Assembly: GCA_903934015.1 (NCBI GenBank)
Contig: CAIZMI010000044.1
Location: 5,027-69,026, forward strand
Length of the DNA stretch: 64,000 nt
Direction: 5' to 3'
From: an uncultured bacterium
GTDB taxonomy: Bacteria > Patescibacteriota > Andersenbacteria > UBA10190 > CAIZMI01
Part shown: in pieces, positions 57,689 to 64,000 of the stretch
Layout of the letters: every line of letters starts with the position of its first letter
How positions within the stretch are numbered: position 1 is the first letter of the stretch
The notes under the pieces: generated by a model
Seen by the model: only the letters and a program-made list of their open reading frames with translations
Databases searched by the model: none
What the model was told of the DNA's origin: nothing
Translations under genes and position numbers: made by a program

Positions 57689-58117
57689 ATGCCTACAATC
57701 AACCAGTTAATCAGAAAGTCCCGTCGAAAAGCCGTAAAAAAATCTCGAGTCCCAGCTTTGGGAAAAATGTTTAATGTTTTAAAAAATCGTCCGGTCTATC
57801 TTTCCAAAGGTAGTCCATTTAAACGTGGTGTTTGTATCCAAGTAAGAACGCAAACCCCACGTAAACCAAATTCCGCTTTGCGTAAAATTGCTCGCGTGCG
57901 TTTAACAAATGGTATGGAAATTACCGCGCATATTCCGGGTGAAGGGCACAATTTGCAAGAACATTCTGTCGTTTTGGTACGTGGTGGTCGTGTGAAAGAT
58001 TTGAACGGTGTCCGTTATCGAGTTGTCCGTGGCGTTTTAGATACACAGGGCGTTGAAACACGTCGTCGCGGGCGTTCTATTTATGGAACAAAGAAACCTT
58101 CTGCTAAATCTAAATAA
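57689..58117 (+). CDS. rpsL: 30S ribosomal protein S12 (with ~12-aa insertion after the N-terminal segment)
   Basis: [10 protein letters not shown]...[36 protein letters not shown]. Confidence 0.95.
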   Translation: MPTINQLIRKSRRKAVKKSRVPALGKMFNVLKNRPVYLSKGSPFKRGVCIQVRTQTPRKPNSALRKIARVRLTNGMEITAHIPGEGHNLQEHSVVLVRGGRVKDLNGVRYRVVRGVLDTQGVETRRRGRSIYGTKKPSAKSK

Positions 58118-58126
58118 ACTACTACT

Positions 58127-58597
58127 ATGCCACGACGCGCAGTAAATAATCGCCGCGAAATTCTCCCAGATCCAAAGTTTGGAAATGTTATGATAGAGCG
58201 TTTTGCCAATCACCTGATGAAGGGTGGAAAGAAAACTTTGGCCCGTTCGATTGTCTATGATTCTTTTGATATTATCAGCGAAACAACTAAGCAAGATCCA
58301 TTAAGTATTTTTGATGGCGCGATTCGCAATGTTTCTCCCGTTTTGGAAGTAAGAGCCAAGCGTGTTGGTGGTGCCAACTATCAAATCGCGATGGAAGTGC
58401 GCGCTGAACGTCGTCTTACGCTAGCAATGCGTTGGCTTATTCAAGCTACGCGTGACAGAAACGGTATTAAATTTTCAGAGAAATTAGCAGCTGAGCTTTT
58501 GGACGCCGCCAAAAAAGAGGGTGGAGCGATTAAAAAGCGTGATGAAGTGCATAGAATGGCCGAAGCAAACAAGGCTTTCTCGCATTTCAACTTCTAA
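58127..58597 (+). CDS. rpsG: 30S ribosomal protein S7
   Basis: MPRR..PDPKFGN..FANHLMKGGKK. Confidence 0.95.
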   Translation: MPRRAVNNRREILPDPKFGNVMIERFANHLMKGGKKTLARSIVYDSFDIISETTKQDPLSIFDGAIRNVSPVLEVRAKRVGGANYQIAMEVRAERRLTLAMRWLIQATRDRNGIKFSEKLAAELLDAAKKEGGAIKKRDEVHRMAEANKAFSHFNF

Positions 58598-58680
58598 TAA
58601 AGATAAAATGTTTTCCGATTAATATCGGAATACATCAAAAAGAAGAATAAAATTTAATTATTAGTGCAAATATAATCAAA

Positions 58681-60801
58681 ATGCCTGAAAAAGAAGATCA
58701 GTTTTCCGTCGCGATACCAATCGAACGAATTAGAAATTTCGGCATTGTAGCGCACATTGATGCCGGTAAGACTACGATGTCTGAGCGGGTGCTTTTTTAT
58801 ACCGGTATTTCTCATAAAATCGGTGAAGTGCATCAAGGTGAAACGGTGATGGATTGGATGGAACAAGAACGTGAACGTGGTATTACAATTACTTCCGCGG
58901 CCACAACTTGTTTTTGGAAAGGTTTTCGTTTGAATTTGATCGACACTCCCGGGCACGTTGATTTTACGGCAGAAGTTGAACGAAGTTTGCGCGTTTTAGA
59001 TGGTGCGGTAGTTGTTTTTGATGGTGTTGCCGGTGTAGAACCTCAAAGTGAAACTGTTTGGCGTCAGGCTGATAAATATAAAGTTCCGCGTGTTTGTTTT
59101 ATTAACAAACTGGACCGCACTGGCGCGGATTTTTTCCGTTCTTATGAAAGTATTTTGCTTCGTTTGACACCAAACGCCGTACCGGCTTTTTTGCCGATTG
59201 GCAGTGAAGGCGATTTTTCGGGCGTTATTGATCTTTTGAAAGAAAAAGCTTTTCGTTTTGACGGTCCACACGGAGAAACAATTGTCGAAATTCCAATCCC
59301 CGAAAATCAAAAAGCGCAAACCGAAGAATGGCGCAACAAGTTTGTGGAAAAAATTGCCGAAAGCGATGACACATTGACGGAAAAATATTTGGCTGGCGAA
59401 AAGTTGAACTTTGAAGAATTGTATTCCGCACTGCGTCGTGCCGTTATTGCTTATAAAGTTGTTCCGGTGTTGTGTGGTTCGGCTTTGAAAAATAAGGGTG
59501 TGCAATTTGCATTGGATGCGGTGATTGAACTTTTGCCGTCGCCAATGGATGTGCCGGCAATTATGGGTACCGAAATTGATGATCCGGAAGTAAAAATTGA
59601 ACGTCACCCCGACGTTACCGAACCGTTTACCGCTTTGGCTTTTAAGGTCGCCACTGATCCGTATGTCGGTCAGCTTACTTTTTTCCGTGTTTATTCCGGA
59701 AAAATTGATACCGGTACGTATGTGTTGAATGCAAATGCAAATGAAAAAGAACGTATCAGCCGGATTCTGCGTATTCATGCCGATAAGCGTGAGGAAGTAG
59801 AGAGTCTTTCCGCTGGAAACATCGGTGCTTTAATTGGTATGAAACACACCACCACCGGTGACACGCTTTGTGATGAAGAAAGTCCAATAATGTTGGAACG
59901 TATTACCTTCCCGGAGCCGGTTATCCGCATTGCGATCGAACCAAAAACTAAGGCCGATCAGGAAAAGATGGGTATGGCACTTAAGAAACTTTCTGATGAA
60001 GATCCAACTTTCCGTATTAGCACTGATACCGAAACATCCCAGTTGATTATTGCCGGAATGGGAGAATTGCACTTAGAAATTATCGTTGATCGGATGCGTC
60101 GCGAATTTGGCGTTGAAGCCAATGTCGGTGCACCTCAGGTGGCATACAAAGAAACGATTCTTGGTTCGGCGGAAGCAGAAGGTAAATATATTCGTCAGTC
60201 CGGTGGACGTGGTCAATATGGACACTGTTGGTTGCGCGTTGCTCCGCTGGAACGTGGTAAGGGTGTTGAATTTTTGAGTGAAATCAAAGGTGGAGTTATT
60301 CCCCAAGAGTTTGTGCCGGCCATTGAAAAGGGTGTAAAAGAAGCCTCCGATTCCGGTGTGCTGGCGGGTTATCCGACAATAGACGTTTCTGTTACTCTTT
60401 TTGATGGTTCTTATCATGATGTCGATTCTTCCGAAGCCGCTTTCAAAATTGCCGGGAGCAAGGCTTTCCAGGAAGCTGTTAAGGCCGCTAACCCAGTATT
60501 GCTCGAACCAATCATGAAAGTTGAAGTCACCACGCCGGAAGATTATATGGGTGATGTTGTGGGAGATCTTAACGCGCGTCGCGGTCAGGTTGTTGGTATG
60601 AACGACCGCATGAACGTTAAGGTAATAGATGCCTTTGTGCCACTTGCGACGATGTTTGGTTACGCTACGTCATTGCGATCAATGACGCAGGGTCGCGCAA
60701 GTTATACAATGGAGTTTAATCGCTACGAAGCAGTGCCCACGAACGTAGCAAAGGAAGTGACCGAGGGTCGGTCGGGCAAAAAGCATCGCGTCGGTAATTA
60801 G
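58681..60801 (+). CDS. fusA: elongation factor G
   Basis: [22 protein letters not shown]; 706 aa. Confidence 0.95.
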   Translation: MPEKEDQFSVAIPIERIRNFGIVAHIDAGKTTMSERVLFYTGISHKIGEVHQGETVMDWMEQERERGITITSAATTCFWKGFRLNLIDTPGHVDFTAEVERSLRVLDGAVVVFDGVAGVEPQSETVWRQADKYKVPRVCFINKLDRTGADFFRSYESILLRLTPNAVPAFLPIGSEGDFSGVIDLLKEKAFRFDGPHGETIVEIPIPENQKAQTEEWRNKFVEKIAESDDTLTEKYLAGEKLNFEELYSALRRAVIAYKVVPVLCGSALKNKGVQFALDAVIELLPSPMDVPAIMGTEIDDPEVKIERHPDVTEPFTALAFKVATDPYVGQLTFFRVYSGKIDTGTYVLNANANEKERISRILRIHADKREEVESLSAGNIGALIGMKHTTTGDTLCDEESPIMLERITFPEPVIRIAIEPKTKADQEKMGMALKKLSDEDPTFRISTDTETSQLIIAGMGELHLEIIVDRMRREFGVEANVGAPQVAYKETILGSAEAEGKYIRQSGGRGQYGHCWLRVAPLERGKGVEFLSEIKGGVIPQEFVPAIEKGVKEASDSGVLAGYPTIDVSVTLFDGSYHDVDSSEAAFKIAGSKAFQEAVKAANPVLLEPIMKVEVTTPEDYMGDVVGDLNARRGQVVGMNDRMNVKVIDAFVPLATMFGYATSLRSMTQGRASYTMEFNRYEAVPTNVAKEVTEGRSGKKHRVGN

Positions 60802-60953
60802 GAGTGGCGAATATTTGCACAAATCGTTACTTTTTGGTACAGTCGCGCTGTCACTGATACCGCATCAACTTAAATAATTCCTGGTAGTTCGGAAATTGTA
60901 AGGTTGTAGCGGTATAGGTCTAAATAATTTTAATTTTCAAGGAGAAAAACAAT

Positions 60954-62159
60954 ATGGCAGAAAAATTTGAAAGAAGTAAACCACATATTAACGTCGGAAC
61001 AATTGGCCACGTTGATCACGGAAAGACAACCTTAACCGCAGCTTTGACTCACGTCATGTCCCTCAAGGGCTTGGCGACAGATCGCAGTTACGACGATATT
61101 GCAAAAGCATCAGAAAAAGAAGGCCGTCGCGATCCGAGTAAGATTTTAACAATCGCTACCGCTCACACCGAGTATTCTTCGGAAAAGCGTCATTATGCGC
61201 ACGTCGACTGTCCGGGTCACGCTGATTATGTAAAGAATATGATCACTGGTGCCGCGCAGATGGATGGTGCAATTTTGGTCGTATCGGCAATTGATGGTCC
61301 AATGCCACAAACACGTGAACACGTTTTGCTCGCTTACCAAATCGGTGTGCCGGAAATTGTTGTTTTCTTGAACAAAGTTGATGCGGTGGATGATCCGGAA
61401 TTGGTTGATTTGGTGGAAGCCGAAGTTCGTGAAATTCTTTCTAAATATCATTACGATGGTGAAAAAGCCAAAGTTATCCGTGGATCAGCTTTGCAAGGCT
61501 TGAAAGCTACTTCGGCCGAAGATCCGGGTGCAAAATCTATTTATGATTTGGTTGCCGCGTTGGATGAAGCAATTCCGGAGCCGGTTCGATCGGTTGATCA
61601 ACCATTCTTGCTCTCTATTGAAGATATCTTCTCCATTGAAGGTCGCGGAACAGTTGTAACCGGTCGTATTGAAAGAGGAAAGGTGCACACAAACGATGAA
61701 GTAGAAATCGTCGGTTTGCGTCCAACTGCCAAGTCGATTGTTACCGGTATTGAAATGTTCAACAAGACTTTGGACGAAGGTTTGGCTGGTGATAATGCCG
61801 GAGTCCTACTTCGTGGCACAAAGAAAGAAGATGTTGAACGTGGTCAAGTTTTGGCCAAGCCGGGTTCGATTACCCCCCACACGCAATTTGAATGTGAAAT
61901 CTACGTTTTGACCAAAGATGAAGGTGGACGTCATACTCCGTTCTTCAAGGGCTACAAACCGCAATTCTATGTCCGCACAACGGATGTAACCGGAGAAGTA
62001 ACTCTACCGGAAGGTACGGAAATGGTTATGCCGGGTGACACCGTAAAGGGTGTTGTAACATTGATCAAAGAAGTGGCCATGGAACAACAAATGCGTTTTG
62101 CAATTCGCGAAGGTGGTCGCACAGTCGGTGCCGGTATCGTCACCAAAATTCTCAAATAA
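60954..62159 (+). CDS. tuf: elongation factor Tu
   Basis: [22 protein letters not shown]; 401 aa. Confidence 0.95.
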   Translation: MAEKFERSKPHINVGTIGHVDHGKTTLTAALTHVMSLKGLATDRSYDDIAKASEKEGRRDPSKILTIATAHTEYSSEKRHYAHVDCPGHADYVKNMITGAAQMDGAILVVSAIDGPMPQTREHVLLAYQIGVPEIVVFLNKVDAVDDPELVDLVEAEVREILSKYHYDGEKAKVIRGSALQGLKATSAEDPGAKSIYDLVAALDEAIPEPVRSVDQPFLLSIEDIFSIEGRGTVVTGRIERGKVHTNDEVEIVGLRPTAKSIVTGIEMFNKTLDEGLAGDNAGVLLRGTKKEDVERGQVLAKPGSITPHTQFECEIYVLTKDEGGRHTPFFKGYKPQFYVRTTDVTGEVTLPEGTEMVMPGDTVKGVVTLIKEVAMEQQMRFAIREGGRTVGAGIVTKILK

Positions 62160-62182
62160 TTTACTAACTACTGCACTTTGCC

Positions 62183-62569
62183 ATGCCAACGGACGAAATA
62201 ATTGATAGCCAAAGCGACGTCGAGGAAGATGCCGTTGCGGAAGTAGCGGCGGTAACACCCGAACAAGTCGGGCCGAGAATTCGCATTAAGATCAAGGCTT
62301 ATGATTACAAGCTCGTGGATCAATCGGCAAAGCAAATTGCTGATACGGTACTGCGTACCGGAGCCCGCGTTTTTGGACCGGTACCACTACCAACAGAACG
62401 GAAGCGTTACACGGTGAACAGTTCAACATTTGTTCACAAAGACGCGCGTGATCAGTATGAGATTCGGGTCCATAAGCGACTCATCGATATTCAAAACTTT
62501 ACACCCAAGACGGTAGACGCGTTGCAAAGCTTGCAAATCCCGGCTGGTGTAGACGTCTCGATGAAGTGA
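62183..62569 (+). CDS. rpsJ: 30S ribosomal protein S10 with ~30-aa acidic N-terminal extension
   Basis: [21 protein letters not shown]...GPVPLPT. Confidence 0.88.
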   Translation: MPTDEIIDSQSDVEEDAVAEVAAVTPEQVGPRIRIKIKAYDYKLVDQSAKQIADTVLRTGARVFGPVPLPTERKRYTVNSSTFVHKDARDQYEIRVHKRLIDIQNFTPKTVDALQSLQIPAGVDVSMK

Positions 62570-62825
62570 AAATGCTTTTTAGCATTTTCATCCCCTAGCG
62601 TCATAGGGGATCCACTGAATGAGTTAGTAATATTCCTGGCAACCGCCAGGAATATTTGTGTTAGCAATTTGATCATCGACCGACACAGATGATTCAGATA
62701 CTAAATAAGACCTCGTGCAAGGGCACTCTTTTTGGTTTAGGTGGTTGAATCATTTAGCATTTGAACTGAATTTATTGTAAAAAATGAAATTGTGATATAA
62801 TTTATTTAGAAACAAACATTATAGG

Positions 62826-64000
62826 ATGATAATGACAAACAAATTCTTGCGTTTCCATAAATCAGTTTCAGCAATAATTATTTTAGTTACTCTTTTCGTC
62901 CCTCAAGGGGCAGTTTTTGTTAATGCAGAAGAAAATCAACCACAGGACAATACTCAAGTAAAGCTCATAAATATTATTGATGAACACCAACATCCTAAGA
63001 AAGGTGAACTCTGGAGCATCAGATTCCAAACTCAAGGCACAAGTGATCTTGCAATATATCCCCAAGACCAAGCCACCATTGATGACATGGATTTTGTCAG
63101 TCTCACTTGTGACAATCAACCCAAAGAAGTAACTGTGTTAAGTATTGGTGACGTTATCTATGCAAAAAACTACGAATGTGCAGGTATCAGCACGCTTTCC
63201 CATAAAATCAACAAAGCAGGCAACCACACACTCAAATTCCAATTTGCAGGTGAAACTGCTTTTGCCTACAACACAACCGGCGTAGATTGGACGGCTCTGC
63301 CTTCCATGACATCAGAGGCTCTTAAGTTTGGCCGAACAATGGCTAATTCGATTGCATATGGCTCGGGCAAATTTGTTGTTGTGGGATATTCCGGAAAAGC
63401 TTCTTATTCTTCCGATGGCATTACTTGGACTTCTCTAACGGCAGGCGTGAATACCGGAATTAAGTTTGGTACAGAAACTGCTTTTTCCGTCGCATACGGC
63501 TCAGACAAATTTGTTGTTGTGGGAGATTATGGAAAAGCTTCTTATTCTACCGATGGCATTACTTGGACTTCGCTTCCAGCCGGCGCGGACACAGGTATTA
63601 GGTTTGGCACAACTTATGCTCGTTCTATTACATTCGGCTTAGACAAATTTGTTGTTGTGGGCGGTTCTGGTATGGCCTCTTATTCTTCCGATGGTATTAC
63701 ATGGACTTCTCTTACGGCAGGCATTAACACTGGCATTAAGTTTGGTACAGAAATTCCTATATCAATTACATACGGCTCAGACAAATTTGTTGTTGTGGGA
63801 GATTTAGGTATGGCCTCTTATTCTTCCGATGGTATTACATGGAATTCTCTTACGGCAGGCATTAACACTGGCATTAAGTTTGGTACAGACTCTGCTAATT
63901 CCGTCGCATACGGCTCAGGAAGATTTGTTGTTGTGGGAAATTATGGAAAAGCCTCTTATTCTTCCGATGGCATTACTTGGACTTCTCTCGCAGTAGGTGT
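62826..64000 (+). CDS. secreted tandem-repeat beta-propeller-like protein (3'-partial, continues beyond window)
   Basis: Signal peptide MIMTNKFLRFHKSVSAIIILVTLFVPQGAVFVNA, then >=5 copies of a 46-aa repeat AYGS(D/G)KFVVVG.YGKASYSSDGITWTSLTAGINTGIKFGTE... Not in the ORF track because it runs off the window end. Confidence 0.6.
   Translation, partial: MIMTNKFLRFHKSVSAIIILVTLFVPQGAVFVNAEENQPQDNTQVKLINIIDEHQHPKKGELWSIRFQTQGTSDLAIYPQDQATIDDMDFVSLTCDNQPKEVTVLSIGDVIYAKNYECAGISTLSHKINKAGNHTLKFQFAGETAFAYNTTGVDWTALPSMTSEALKFGRTMANSIAYGSGKFVVVGYSGKASYSSDGITWTSLTAGVNTGIKFGTETAFSVAYGSDKFVVVGDYGKASYSTDGITWTSLPAGADTGIRFGTTYARSITFGLDKFVVVGGSGMASYSSDGITWTSLTAGINTGIKFGTEIPISITYGSDKFVVVGDLGMASYSSDGITWNSLTAGINTGIKFGTDSANSVAYGSGRFVVVGNYGKASYSSDGITWTSLAVG
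63350..64000 (+). repeat. tandem 138-bp coding repeats (>=5 copies, high nucleotide identity)
   Basis: GACAAATTTGTTGTTGTGGG recurs at 63504, 63642, 63780 and 63918 (period 138). Confidence 0.8.

Noticed and set aside
58996-60417. Minus-strand ORFs (260, 114, 80 aa) inside fusA, and similar ORFs inside tuf and leuS
   Set aside because: They are antisense to highly conserved genes and their products are F/N/I-rich. Artefacts.
62883-63119. 78-aa minus-strand ORF
   Set aside because: It overlaps the signal-peptide region of the better-supported + strand repeat protein.
63350-64000. Possible CRISPR array (regular ~138-bp periodicity)
   Set aside because: The repeats are in-frame coding units of one ORF, with no short conserved direct repeat and unique spacer structure. 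It is a protein tandem repeat.

Overview
This is a low-GC bacterial chromosome segment, roughly 40-45% GC by eye. It has compact, overlapping housekeeping genes and odd ribosomal-protein extensions typical of a Patescibacteria/CPR (Parcubacteria-like) genome. There are about 60 protein genes and one tRNA-Leu(CAA). Housekeeping content includes four aaRS genes (glyQS, metG, leuS, hisS), topA, mfd, dprA, rarA, pth, parAB, ftsAZ, a split comEC, ndk and the str operon (rpsL-rpsG-fusA-tuf-rpsJ). Accessory content that the housekeeping set does not explain: (1) a REP-associated tyrosine transposase (RAYT) flanked by its REP hairpins and an inverted REP doublet; (2) at least five more families of short dispersed palindromic or G/T-rich repeats. 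One family sits in-frame inside leuS and pth and supplies the stop codons of two other genes, which resembles Rickettsia palindromic elements (RPEs); (3) a conserved 7-3-7 palindrome TTGTTCA-N3-TGAACAA found four times in front of ftsZ, comEC and a metallo-beta-lactamase (MBL) gene, a candidate operator; (4) a free-standing LAGLIDADG homing endonuclease 12 nt downstream of tRNA-Leu; (5) a DUF4258 toxin-like gene translationally coupled to a membrane-anchored Kazal-type inhibitor; (6) a NagB-LmbE (PIG-L) fusion enzyme; (7) GC-rich islands of hypothetical genes and structured noncoding DNA just upstream of rpsL; (8) terminators after rpsJ followed by a secreted tandem-repeat (138-bp period) beta-propeller-like protein where rplC would be expected. 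Coordinates of short repeats are approximate (+/- 2 nt). I found no single planted novel system; the repeat families, the candidate operator and the toxin-Kazal pair are the best candidates.
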